From assembly GCA_024679065.1 (NCBI GenBank), contig JAGIQG010000001.1, positions 126,046,001 to 126,110,000 on the forward strand: 64,000 nt of DNA, written 5' to 3'. The notes under the pieces were generated by a model. That model was not told the DNA's origin. It saw nothing but the letters and a program-made list of their open reading frames with translations, and searched no databases. Shown here piece by piece: positions 25,571-38,643 of this stretch (positions within the stretch are counted from its first letter, which is position 1; each line of letters starts with the position of its first letter). The translations under genes were made by a program, and so were the position numbers. This stretch comes from Sphyrna mokarran (Eukaryota).

Positions 25571-25996
25571 AATGTTTCACATACAAGGATAAGAGTCTTC
25601 ATCAGTATCTGTCGCTAGAGAGAATTCATTGAACCAAATAGAAATGGCAGCCTACGCTGACTTTGCCTCAAGGCTCAGGATCCTAAGCTTTATAAATAAG
25701 GGCATGGAATACAAAAGCAAGGAAACATTATAATCATCCTGTATAAAAACCAGGTGGAATATTACAACTTCACTTGGGCAAGGCTCATAAAATCCCATCT
25801 GAATCCAATGGGGAATTTAATTCTGCAAGCCTCACCTGCCCTGATTCCAGGGCAGGCAAGGTGGTAAAATTCCAGCCAATAAGATAGTTCCGCTGGGATA
25901 TTGTGACCAATTCTGGGCACCATATATGAAGAATGTGAAAAGGGTACAGAAAAGATGCACGAGAATAGTTTCATTGGTGACGGACTTCAGTTACAT

Positions 25997-26553
25997 CAAG
26001 GTTTCCCAAACTAGGTTCCGTGTATCTCATCCAGGGGATCCATGGGCAGTCTGGCCATTTTAAATATTTTGAAAAGCTGCCCATCCAACTTGACCAAAGG
26101 TGTTTTTTTAACTTTGTTGGCTACTGATAAGTGCACTAGTCAGTTTATCAGCAGCCAATGAAGTAAAAAGCTGGCCTCTTATTGGGTGAGCTGAAAATAC
26201 CAGCAAAGTCTATTAAAATTTACTTCAAACTTGCAGGTAAGGCTGGTACGTTGCGTTCATGGGGTGGGGGAGGCTGGAGCCAAAGCTGAGAGGGGCCAGG
26301 CTGAAAAGAGCTATGGGAGGCTGAGAGAAGGGGGATTTAAGTGTAAGAAAAAAATTAATTATAATAATATATACATACAAAACACAGAAATATATTTTAA
26401 ATTTGTTTTGGTATGTTTGTACCAATCATTACGCAATAATAATTTTTTTTGTTGTTTAATTTTTCTAGGTATTAAGAATATTTGTTAGGGGTGCTTTCAG
26501 TATTCTTGGGGGGTCAAAAGGGATTGGTGGCTGGAAAAGTTTGAGAAACACTG
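25997..26553. mobile_element. Non-autonomous hAT (Charlie-like) DNA transposon inserted in CR1
   Basis: TIRs CAAGGTTTCCCAAACT / AGTTTGAGAAACACTG and an 8-bp TSD AGTTACAT/AGTTACAG. Confidence 0.8.
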
Positions 26554-27934
26554 AGTTACAGGAATAGTTTGGAGAAGCTGATGCTGCTGAGTTTGGCAGA
26601 AGAAAAGACTAAGAGGAGATTTGATAGAGCTATTCATGAGGAATCTGGACAGAGTAGGTAGTGAGAGATTCATCTTGGTCTCACCCACGAGAAGATATAC
26701 ATCCATTAGGTTATTATCTGAAGAAAAAAAAGATTGTAGGATCATGTGGAAAAGCAGAATGACATGAGCTACTCTAGAGAGCTGTCATAAACATGGCGGA
26801 CTGAATGGCTCTCTCTGTGTGGCACACGTTCTATGACTTATTTGTACTGCATTTTATTCTTGGCAGTGTCTCTGCAATTTAGACTAATTGTATATAATTG
26901 AATGACAATTACATACTGGATAATGCATATGTATAGAGGGCAATGAGTATAGGAATGTAAAGATGAGGAAGCTGGCAGATGTCTAGAGAAGAGCCCCATC
27001 TTCGTGATCAAACATAAGTAGATTTGGGTAATTTCAAAGTATCGTTTTATCCTCCAATAATTGGCTGAGATCACATGTTCTATTACTCTTTTGCAAATAG
27101 TTTTTACAATGTTTAATAAAAAATTCACAATTGCGAACAAAAATGGCTTACGCATTTTCTGACCTTTGGAAGATAATTTAGAAAAATTAACCAGTCAAAT
27201 CTAAATTTAGCCAGCAAAATCTTGTAACTTAGATTCATGTGTCTCTCTTCAGGATGTGGATATTTATGAAATAACCCCTGCCTCAGAGCACACATGTAGA
27301 GAAATTGAGTTGCAATAAATTTGAAAACACCAACACTATTTACTATATTACAAATTAGAAAATGTTTTATATATATATATATAAAAATATATGTCTATGT
27401 CATCAGCATAAAGCCTTATCCTGGGCAGAGGCAATAGGTGCAATAGTTACAGGGGTAGATGGCTAACAATGAACAATTCAGCCTGAATGCATTCAGTTTG
27501 AAAGTTTCTGGAGGTAAAAGCTTACAATTGTGTTATCCTTAAACTGTGAACTTTTAAGTTTTCTTACATTTAATCTTTAAAAAGATAAGTCAGGAACATT
27601 AAAGTGGCCAAAACCTCCGTAAAGTATTATCAATGTAAAATATATCATAGCGAGATAACAGTGGAGTAGATTTAAAATATAAAGTGACTGACAGATTAAA
27701 TAAGTCTACTTGAAATCTAAAGTGCTGCCAGGAAGTAAGGACCATTTTGAGACTTGGACTTCAATTCCAAAGCACCTGGTACAGATCACTGACTGTGTAA
27801 TATTGGACCCACCCAAAAGTTAACCTATTTTATAAAGAGGTAGGCTTTGGGAGGAGGTCATTTCAGATGAGGGTGAATCTGAAGTAGAAATAAATTGTTT
27901 TGGTGGTGATTCTCCCACTGTACTGCTTTTGTAG

Positions 27935-30097
27935 ACACAGTAAGAAATCTCACAACTCCAGGTTAAAGTGCACCAAGTTTATTTGGTAGCAAAAGCCACT
28001 AGCTTTCAGAGCACTGCTTTATCAGGTTAAATGGGAGTTCTGTTCACAAATAGGGCATATAAAGACACAAACTCAATTTACAAAATAATGGTTGGAATGC
28101 AAGCCATTACAGGTAATCAAGTCTTAAAGGTAGAGACAATGTAAGTAGAGAGAGGATTAAGAATAGGTGAAAGAGATGTGATTGCTCTATCCCACGTGCT
28201 GTCATCCTACGTACTCTCTCGTTGGAGACCTCTACTGCCTTCCAAAGATACACAAGGCAAACACACTTGGCGGTCCCATTTCATCAGGCAATGGGACCCT
28301 GTGCAAAAACCTCTCTGGCTATGTCGACATCATCCTGAAACCCATTGTACAAAGAACCCCCAGCTTTTGTCGTGACCCTACGGACTTCCTACACACATGG
28401 AGTAGTTGAACCAGGAGCTCTCCTCATCGCAGTGGATGTCTCGGCACTCTACACCAGCATCCCTCACAACGATGGCATTGCTGCAACTGTCTCAGTACTC
28501 AACGCCGAAGCTTCCAGTCTCCAGATGCAATTTTACAACTCATCCACTTCATCCTGCTCTACAATGTCTTCACCTTCAACAACTAGTTCTTCATCCAGAC
28601 ACACGGAAAAACAATGGGGACCAAGTTCTCACCTCAATATGCCAACATCTTCATGCACAGTTTCAAACAAGATCTCTTCACCGCACACGACATTAGCTGA
28701 TGCTATACACTAGATACGTCAATGACATTTTCTTCCTTTGGACTCATGGTGAACAATCACTGAAACAATTATATGATGACAACAATAAGTTCCATCCCCA
28801 TGGATTACTCCCTGGAATTGGTTGCATTTTTGGATACATGCATATCTATCAAGGATGGTCACTTCAGCGCTTCATTGTACCACACGCCCACAGATAACCT
28901 CATGATGCTCCACTTCCTCAGCTTCAACCCTAAACATGTTAAAGAAGCCATTCTCTACAAACAAACCGTCCGTATACACAGAATCTACTCAGATGAGGAG
29001 GATTGCAACAGACACCTCCAGATGCTGAAAGATGCCCTCATAAGAACAGGATATGGCACTCGATTCATCGATCAACAGTTCCAACGCATCACAGCAAAAA
29101 ACTGCACTGACCTCCTTAGAAGACAAAGATGGGATACAGAAGACAAAGTACCCTTCGTTGGCCAGTACTTCCCCGGAACAGGGAAGCTACAACATCTTCT
29201 CCAGAGCCTTCAACATATCATTGATGAAGACAAACATTTCGCCAAGGCCATCACCACACCCCTACTTCTTGTCTTCAAACAACTACAGAAACTTGAACAG
29301 ACCATTGTCCGCAGCAAACTGCCCAGCCATCAGGAGAATAGTGACCACAACACCACACAATCTGCCACAGCAACATCTGCAAGATGTGCTGGATCATCCA
29401 CATGGATCCATCATCTCACGTGAGAACACCACCCACCAGGTACATGGTACATACTCTTGCAACTTGGCCAATGTTGTCTACCTGATACGCTGCAGGAAAG
29501 GATCTCCCGAGGCATCGTACGTTGGGGAGACCATGCAGATGCTACAACAACGGATAAATGAATATAACTCGATAATCACCAAGCAAGAGTGTTCTCTTTC
29601 TATTGGGGAACACTTCAGCTGTCATAGGCATTTGGCTTCTGATCTTCAGGTATGCGTTCTCCAAGGCAGCTTTCAGGACACACGACAACACAGAGTCACT
29701 GAGCACAGACTGATAGCCAAGTTCCACACACATGAGGATGGCCTCAACCGGGATCTTGGGTGCATGTCACACTATCTGTAACTCCCACACTTGCCTGGGC
29801 TTGCAAAATCTCACCAACTGTTCTGTCTGGAGACAACACACATCTCTTTAACCTATGCTTAACCCTCTCTCTGCTCACATTGTCTGCACTTTTAAGATTT
29901 GATTATCTGTAAAGACTCGCATTCCAACCATTATTTTGTAAATTGAGTTTGTGCCTTCATGTGCCCTGTTTGTAAACAGAAGTCCCACTTACCTGACGAA
30001 GAAGCAGCTACCAAATAAACTTGTTGAACTTTAACCTAGTGTTGTGAGACTTCTTACTGTGTTTAACCCAGTCCAACACCAACATCTCCACATCATG
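27935..30097 (+). mobile_element. Penelope-like retroelement (probably Neptune type), 5'-truncated, with inverted 5' pLTR
   Basis: Frameshifted RT (DVSALYTSIPH, YTRYVNDIF, FLDTCI) and GIY-YIG endonuclease (NVVYLIRC...YVGET). About 250-bp inverted termini. 13-bp TSD ACTGCTTTTGTAG at 27922-27934 and 30098-30110. Confidence 0.93.
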
Positions 30098-30116
30098 ACT
30101 GCTTTTGTAGCACACT

Positions 30117-30905
30117 GGGGCAGAAGATTTGAGCAGGTGCCATTTTTCAGCCTCTGCGAGTCTCAGGCAGTCGGATTTCTGCAGCAATCAGCTCCACAAT
30201 GGAAATCACCACAGAGCTGAGAAAATTATTTCAATCCTCATTTATACTGATTTTGAATCTAATTAGCCTCCTCCTGCTCCCTGCTGACCAAGGGTATTTC
30301 ACTCCAGCAGAATTTAGTATAGCTCCCCACCTGCGGGGAATTAGTGGCCCAACCCTGCTGGATTGAAGAGGCCAGTAGAAGCTCCCTAATGTGCCAGGTG
30401 CTGAGGATGGTGCCTCTCGTCATTGCCATCCTGGCAGTGCCAGCCTGGGCCCCTGATACTGCCCAAGGGCCAAAGTGCCAATGACCAGGGGGCACCTTGG
30501 CATTGTCTACCAGGCTTAGGCAGGGCCTGATGGGAATGAGTTCTGATGCAGGGCTTCTGGAGGATGATTGGTGGGGGTGAAGGTGGTCCGCTGCCACTCT
30601 GCTTTTGGGCTGAGTGAGGGAGGGAGGCCGGCAATCAAATGGCTGGCTGTGCAGGGCCACTGCAATGTGCTGATCTCGGTGCTAACAGATTGGTGCGTGC
30701 ACAGTGGCCCACTCAGTGCTAGGTTACCGGCTTCTCTAGGGAGAATAGGCTCCACCACTGATTTTTAGATGATTCATGCTGAGGCACTCTGCAGTGAACA
30801 GAGTGTGGGAGATTCATTTTGAAACTCTCACTGCAAAAACCAGCATGATTTACTCCAGTTTTTATATGAATTCAACAACTGGAATTTCTTTGGGAGAATT
30901 GCTCT
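30117..30905. mobile_element. GC-rich non-autonomous DNA-transposon-like repeat (Harbinger-like)
   Basis: GC-rich body with (CTGGCA)-type repeats and a GGGAGAATTGCTC terminus. The left TIR is degenerate. Confidence 0.4.
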
Positions 30906-31774
30906 CATTATTCCTCTTGGAACTACTTGAAATCCCTGGCCTCACAAAAACAAATTTTAACTTTAACCGTTTTAGTTATCTTCTACTGTGCCATCAGGTA
31001 ATAATACTAGTTAGACAACTCATTCTGCTCCTTTCATCTAATTATACCTCGAGATGGCAGTTTTACAGTCCGACATGCAATGTGGGATCCTAATTTGAAT
31101 AGTAAGAGAGCCTATGTTATGAAAGAGAAGCAATTTCATGACTGCAAAATTAACATGAATAATAGAATGTGAATCCGTATAAAGTTGTCATTGTTGCTGA
31201 AGTCTATAAATTCATTGCAGGAGTTAGTTTTGCTTTGGTCATTAGATGAATCCAGTGCGTGCTATGTAAATATTGTGCAACCTTCATTTGTAAAACTGCG
31301 AAGGCAGAAAATCAGTGTTGCAGAAACTTTTTCATCACTTGACCTTTCTGTTAAAGGGTAGAATGTTTAACTTAGATTGTTTTAATTATATTGATTCCAT
31401 TACAGGCATAGTACATCCTGTGGCTAAATTAAAGCACCATATTAGATTGATTCTATGTGAATGATCTTTCATTTTTAACTTATGCTTATTTTTTACAACT
31501 TAGTTATTTATTATCCCAATAAATTTCTGCCTGTTATTTGGGTGGATGAAAATGTCTGACTACTCACTTGGCTATGTTGTGTTTAGTTAATAGGCAGTAT
31601 TTCTGCCAGGTAAAATGTGCTAAAGATTATTATCCTTATAATATTTGACACATTCTTTCATAGGCTTGCAATTTAAAATATTTTGTGATAACATTATCTA
31701 TAGTGCATAACCTTCCTCTGGTATCATGGGACTCAGCTTTAAGGAAAGAATGGAGAAATCCAGATTGTTTACAC

Positions 31775-32272
31775 ATATGAAATAGGAACAGAATTAGGCA
31801 ATTTGACTCCTTAAATCTGTCGGCCATTTATTAAGATCATGGCTGATCTGTTTAAATTTTGAATTCCACATTCCCATCTACACCAGATAACCTTGGATTC
31901 TCTTGCTTCACAAGAATCTACCTGTTTCCATCTTAAAAATATTCAATGACCCCACCTTCTGAGGTGGAAAGTTCCGAAGTTGCACAACTCTTTGAGAGAA
32001 AAAAAATCCCAATTCTATCCTAAAAGGGTGACCCCTAATTTTAAAACAATATCCTCTGTTTGAGATTCACCCACAAAAGGAAGCACCTTTCATTGTCCAT
32101 CTTGACAAAACTGTTCAGGATCTTAAGAACCTCAATCAAATCACATCTCACACATCAAAACTCCACTGGAAATGGACCCAAGCTGTCTAACCTTCCTTTA
32201 AAAGACAACATGCTAATTCCAGATATCATTCTAGTAAATCTCCTCTGAACTACCTCCAATATATTTATATCC
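31775..32272 (-). mobile_element. CR1 3' fragment
   Basis: Similar to 21550-22000. Confidence 0.75.
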
Positions 32273-33025
32273 TTTGATTTGATTTATTATTATGAAATAT
32301 ATTAGCATACAGTGAAAAGTGTTGTTTCTTGCATGCTATACAGACAAAGCGTACTGTTTATAGAGAAGGAAATGAGTAAGTGCAGAATATAGTGTTAAAG
32401 TCATAGTTAGGATGTAAAGAAAGATCAGCTTAATGCGAGGTTGGTCCATTCAAAAGTCTGATGGCAGCAGGGAGAAAGATGTTTATCAGTCGGTTGTTAC
32501 GTGACTCAGATTTGTGTATCTTGTTCCTCATAGAAAAACATGGAAGAGAGTATATCGGGGGTGCATGGGTTCTTAATTATGCTGGCTCCTTTTCCCAAGG
32601 CAACAGGAAGTGCAGACAGAGTCAATGGGTGGGAGGCTGATTTGAGTGATGGGGCTGGGCTTCGTTCACAACCCTTTGTAGTTTCTTGCAGTCTTGGACA
32701 TAGCAGGGGCCATATCAAGCTATGATACAATCAGAAATAATGTTTTCTATGTAAATATTGGTGAGAGTCATAGGAGGTATGCCAAATTTCCTTAGTCTTC
32801 TTAGAAAGTAGAGGTGTTTGTCGACCTTCTTAACTATAATGGCAGCATAATGGAACCAGGACAAGTTATTGGTGATTTGGATACCTTAAAAGCTTTTGAC
32901 CATTTTTGCTTTGATCCCAGTGATGTAGATGGAGGCATGTTCTCTACTATGCTTCCTGAAGTTGATGATTATCCCCTTTTGTTGACATTGAGGGAGAGCT
33001 TATTGTCATCGCACCTGTTAACGAG
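32273..33025 (-). mobile_element. Rex1-like LINE 3' fragment
   Basis: Minus strand CDDNKLSLNVNK, with a 3' end TTTTCACTGTATGCTAAT...AATAAATCAAATCAAA. Confidence 0.75.
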
Positions 33026-34409
33026 ATTTCTAGATCCCGTTTCCTTCCGCAATAACCTTTGAAAGAAGCAAGAAAGGAGGCACCAGAGATGACATTTTAC
33101 TAAGGTGTATGAAACAGTGGAAGACAAATTGAGAACACAACTTCTAATTAAACTGTAACTGGAGAACAAGATGCAGATCAAACTGCAGGAAACATATACA
33201 TTTTGGACAGAATCTCATGCAGGCAATGGGCCTTGCCTGCCAGCTGGAGAGAGAGAAAACAGTTTCCTTTGGGAAAAGCCTGCCAAACCACAAGTCAGTT
33301 GAGGGATTAGCTGAGGTCCTCTTTCTGGTGTCAGGCCCTCCAGGGACAAGAGGTCCTGGTTCCTGAGAGCTACTGAGAAGCTCTTATGTTTAGCCATGGA
33401 AAAATGATGGCTTCTGCCAGAACAACAGCCATCAGAAGTTCAGGTATGCAGAACAACCTAAGCCAGTGAAGCAATGACAAGGGAGTTTTAATGGGGTGGA
33501 GTTCACAGGGTGTAGGGATGATCAGCAGTAAGAACATTGAGGTTGCTCACAGTGAGATCGCATTTCGTATTGTTGGGTGTTGGATCAGGAACTGATTGTC
33601 TTTGAAAGAGAGACACTACCGACAATCCCTCATCCTACCAAAAGATGATAAATTGTCTGCACAAGTTTACTTGTCGATCTTGCAGCATGATGTCAGGCAA
33701 TGAGGGTCACCAATTAAATGCCTTCTCCTTACCCAAATACAGCAGTAGAGAGGGCAGAAGAATCTGGCCTTTGATATCCTTTGCATGAATTAGTGTTTCC
33801 TAACAATTTTCTTGTTTGGCCAGGCTCAGAAATAAGGCCATATTCCTTGTACTGGATTCTGTCTAGTTTTTCTTGGTCTACCCTAATCTACTCTTTCAAA
33901 TTCCTAAAAATGCCCAATCAAGTAATCCCTTAAACTTCTATATTCCAGGAAATATAAGACTAGTTTACATAATCCATCCTCACAATTAAACCCCTGGAAC
34001 ACTAGTCAATTCAAAAGATCAATGTGTGTTTAAGATGTTGGGCCTAAAACATAATTTGTTATAGCAGAAAAATTTAAACGTTATCAAATTACCTCTGTGC
34101 AATGCTTCAGAAAATGATCTATTGTTTTATATAAGAGTGGAAAATTGTTCTGTGGATAAGTTTAGTTCAGTAATGATACTGTGACTCCACACATTTGCTA
34201 TCAATATACTTGGAAAATAATCTTGGAAAAGCAAGAGAACCAGAAACAATGTAGAACAACAGGAAGCTTAGTCTGGCCTTAGCTTTAATTGCCTGAAAGA
34301 GAAAAGCCTGTCCTGTAAGCTAAAGAAGTATTTGTGAAATAAATACTGTAATAAGTCCCTCCTGGGACACTTTAATTTTCTGTTTCATATTTAATGTATA
34401 CATTTTTTA

Positions 34410-35080
34410 AAAATTAATTTTACAAGACACATGCGTCACTGACTAGATGAACATTTATTGTCCATCCCTAATTGCCCTTGAGAAGATAGTGATGAGCTTG
34501 CTTGAACTGCTGCATTCCCTGAGATATAGGTTACACCCACAGCGCTTTATGATTTTGACCCAGTGACTGAAGAACGGCAATATATTTCTAATTCAGAATG
34601 GTGAGTGACTTGGAGGGAATCTTCCAGGTACTCAAGTTCCCAGGTATCTGTTTTTGTTCTTCTAGCTGGTAATAGTCATTGATTTGAAAGATGCTGTCAA
34701 AGAAGCCTCAGTGAGTTCTTACAGTGCATCTTGATATGGTACACACTGCTGCCGTTGTTCATCGCTGATGAAGGGATTGAATGTTTCTGGTAGGGTTAGC
34801 AATCAAATAGGCTGCTTTGTCCTGGATGGTGTCAAGATTCCTGAATGTTGTTGGAGCTGTACTCATGCAGGCAAGTGGAGGGAATTGCGTTAAACTCCTG
34901 ATTTGTGCCTGGTAAATAGTGGACAAGTTTTGGGGAGCCAGTTACTCATTGTAGGATTCCTAGTCTTTGATGTTAGCCACAGCATTTATATGGCTAGTCC
35001 AGTTCAGTTTCTGGTCAATGTTAATCCTCAAGATGTTGATAGTGGGGGATTCAGCAGTGAGGGATTCAGTAATGGTAATG
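34410..35080 (-). mobile_element. CR1-clade LINE 3' fragment
   Basis: Homologous to 23170-24290. Confidence 0.7.
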
Positions 35081-35994
35081 CATCCATTCAAACTCAAAAA
35101 TACTCTCAAATACTTCAATTATGAAATTAGGTTGCCATCTACTGTACAAAAGAAAAATGACAGCACAGTGTTTTCTCAACGTATCATCAACATATGTACC
35201 AACCTACAAAACTTAGATACGAGTGAAAGGCTTCAAAAAAACTGACAGTCCCAAAAAGAGGCGACAGATCAAAAACCATCAGACAGCTGGAAAACATCCA
35301 AAGAAAGACCAAAGATCTTACTGATGTCAGAAATGGCCTCTGCTCCCAACAGTGAGCCCATTACATCCCCGTGATCCACGTCGGTGAGGACCTCCACCTC
35401 GAAATTTCCTTGCATTAAATATGGGAAGACCAAAGCATTGTCTTCAGATCCTTGCTACAAACTCAGTTCCCTAACTACCAAGTCCATAGAAGAGAATTTC
35501 ATGATCAACGCCTCTACATCCATGGTTGAGGTGAATGGGGGAGGCACATAAAATAGAATGGATGGTGCAAAATGCATCACCACTCTGAACGTTTTGGAAC
35601 CTTGATGTCATTTTTAGTTCGATGGTTGGCTTCCGACCATGAGTCTCTTCCCTCACAGAGATCTTATATTTCCATCTCTGTGGCATTGGCTGATTCTGGC
35701 CTTGTCTCAGCTCACCTATTGCAGAGAACCTTATCCTATAGTCTAAGGACTTGACTATAGTAAAGCACTGCTTGCTAGCCTCTAATATTCTATTCTCCAT
35801 AAACTTAAGGTCATCCAAGTTCTATATGCTATATCTAACCCCGACATGCATTTTGCATATTCCTGATTTTACCTAATACCCAGGCCCTGAAATTCCCTCC
35901 TTAAAAATTTCCACCTCTCTGCCTCTTTTTCCTCCTTTTAAACCATTCTCTTTGACCAAGGATTTAGTCCTCAGCTGCATTTTGGTTTTCAACC

Positions 35995-36830
35995 ATTCAT
36001 TTTGTTATCCCATTAGTTAAGAAGGGAGGGAGAGAGAAAGTGGGAAACTTCAGATCTATTAACCTCACATCAATGTGGAAAATGCTCCAATTGTTATAAA
36101 GTATGTGACAAGTGGACACTAAGATAATAAGGATCTGACTAGACATAGTCAACATGAATTTATGAATGGGAAATCATATTTGATGAACCTGTTGGAGTTT
36201 TCTGAGGATATTACTATCAGAATTGATAAAGAGGACATAGTATACTTGTATTTTCAGAAGACTTTCAATAAAACCCCCACAGGGAGCTGGTTAGCAAAAT
36301 CAACACACATGGGATAGGGGACAATATATTCACTTGGATTAGGGACTGGTTAACTGGCAGAAAATAGAGTAGGAGTTAAACAGTCATTCTCATGTTGGCA
36401 GTTTTTGACTAGTGGGGTAGGGCAAGAATTGGTACTTTGGTGCCTAGTTCTTCACAATATATATCAATGATTTGGATGTGGAGACCAAATGTAACAATTC
36501 CAAGTTTGCAAATCACCCAAAGTTGAGTGGAAATGTGCGTTGTGAAGAAGACGCAAAGCAGCGTCAAGGGGATTTGGACAGACATGGTGTCCAGAATTTT
36601 CCAGCTCTCCCTTGGTGCAATCTTCCAGTCCTGCCAAAGTCAACAGACATTTGAATGCTTTCCCCATCCACATAGGAGACTCATTGCAGCAGGGCCAGGA
36701 AATCCTGTTCAGAGTGGTTAGCAGCATGGCAGATGGAATATAATGTGGAATGTAAGATGGAAGGTATATGAAGTTATCCATTTTGCTAGAAGAAACAGAT
36801 GTGCAGAGTATTTTTCAAATGGTGAGCATA
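35995..36830 (+). mobile_element. Degenerate CR1 RT, interrupted by a MITE (about 36588-36712)
   Basis: Remnants of SQHGF.GKS.L.NLLEF, Y.DFQK.F, TSGV, YINDLD and SKFA. Confidence 0.8.
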
Positions 36831-37419
36831 GGAGTGGTTTTCAGAGACCATGTATTATGGTGGCTTTCAGGTGGAGGATTTCATCTCTTAATTACGGCTC
36901 AGCTAACACACAAACACTCACAAAAATATATATTCTGACAACAGAAATTACTTTATTTTCCAAACTTGGTTCAATGTACAAAGGAGAGCAATTTGGGGCA
37001 GTTCCGAATCACTCTGAAATTACATCACTCTCAGTATTACAATTATATAATTTTCAAAATCCATTTACCCACCTCCTTGCTCTCTCCAGCCAGGTGTGTG
37101 CCAAACATTATTAATATGATTATTTACCTTGGCCAATAACATTTACTCTTGGATAGCATGGGACTGTGTGATCAGTTCATGAATTTTAAGAGTTTCTCAC
37201 AGTCTCCTGACATTTCCTTATCAGATATAATGTATGTCCTATTCATTAAAACTGACTGGGACCCCTGGGACTGTCTGGAGTCCACACCAATAGAGTTGCT
37301 TTTCCCTTTGTTCAATAATGCTCACATTATTCTGAGGAATGTCGTTCTTTTTACTTGACTATGTTCCATCTTGCCTTAGAACATGGTGCTATTGGCCAAG
37401 GTATATGCTTTTCATACAG

Positions 37420-38502
37420 AATATGTGAGAGATTGGAAAATATAGACGTACTAATGAACCTGCATGTCCTCATCAATTAGTCACTGAAAACTAACATGCA
37501 GGTGCAGCAAGCAATTAGGAAGGCTAATGGAATATGAGCCTTTATTGCAAGAGAATTTGATTGCAGGAGCAGTGAAGTCTTGCTTCAATTGTATAGAACA
37601 TTAGTCAGACCACACCTGGAGTACTGTGTAATTTTGGTCCCCTTACTTCAAGGTGGATAGTATTGCTATAAAGGGAGTGCAACGAATGTTCAGCTAACTT
37701 GTTGCTCGGATGACAGAACCATGCTATGAAGAGAGATTGGGGAAACTGGGTGTATTTTCTAGAGTTTTGAAGAATGAGGGGTGATCTCATTGAAATATAC
37801 AAAATACTAAAAGGATAGCAAGGTAAATGGAGGTAAGAAATTTCCTTTGGGTGGGGAGTCTGGAACCAGGGTACATAACAAGGGGGAAACCACTTTGGAC
37901 CAAGATGAGAAGAAATTTTCTTACTCAGACATTTGTGAATAGAGCAGCACAGTGGTTAGAACTGCTGCCCCAGGGATCCGGGTTCAATTCCGACTTTACG
38001 TGACTGTCCATGAGGAGTTGCACATTCTCCCCGTATTTGCGTGGGTTTCTTCTGGGTGCTCCGGTTTCTCCCCACAGTCCAAAGATGTGTGGGTTAGATA
38101 GATTGGCCATGGTAAATTGTCCATTAAAGTCACAAAGATGTGTACGGTAGAGGAATTGTGGGATCAATACATGGGATAATGAGGATAAGGTGAGAGTGGC
38201 CTGAGTAAGCTTCTCTTTTGGAGAGTCAGTGCAGACTGAATGGGCCAAATAGTCTCCTTTTGCACTGTAAGAATTCTATGATTCTATGAATTGTTGAAAT
38301 TCTCAAACACAGAAGGTTGTGGATGCTTAGTCATTTAGTCTATTTAAAGTAGAAAATGACAACTTAAGTACTAAGGTCATAAAGGTAGATAAGGATAACA
38401 TGAGAAAAAAAGGCATTGAAGTAGATGATCAACCAAGATCGTAATGAATGGTTGAACAGACTCAATGGCCTGAATGGCCTATTCCTACTCCTATTTTCTA
38501 TG
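37420..38502 (+). mobile_element. CR1 3' fragment containing a SINE at 37942-38288 (plus)
   Basis: LVRPHLEYC remnant. SINE with GGTTCAATTCC B box and ATTCTATG tail. Confidence 0.85.
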
Positions 38503-38643
38503 TAAATGCACATAGAAAAAGTCAACAATATATTTTGTGACTGTGGGGTGATTGCAGTTTTTGAGGAACATGCAAGCTAAAACTTTGACACAGCGTTCTT
38601 AAACTTTTCCATCAAATTCAGGTGTTTGCTGCTGGAATATTCT

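Noticed and set aside
30259-30768. Cluster of overlapping ORFs on both strands
   Set aside because: GC-rich interior of a non-autonomous repeat, with no protein motif recognised.
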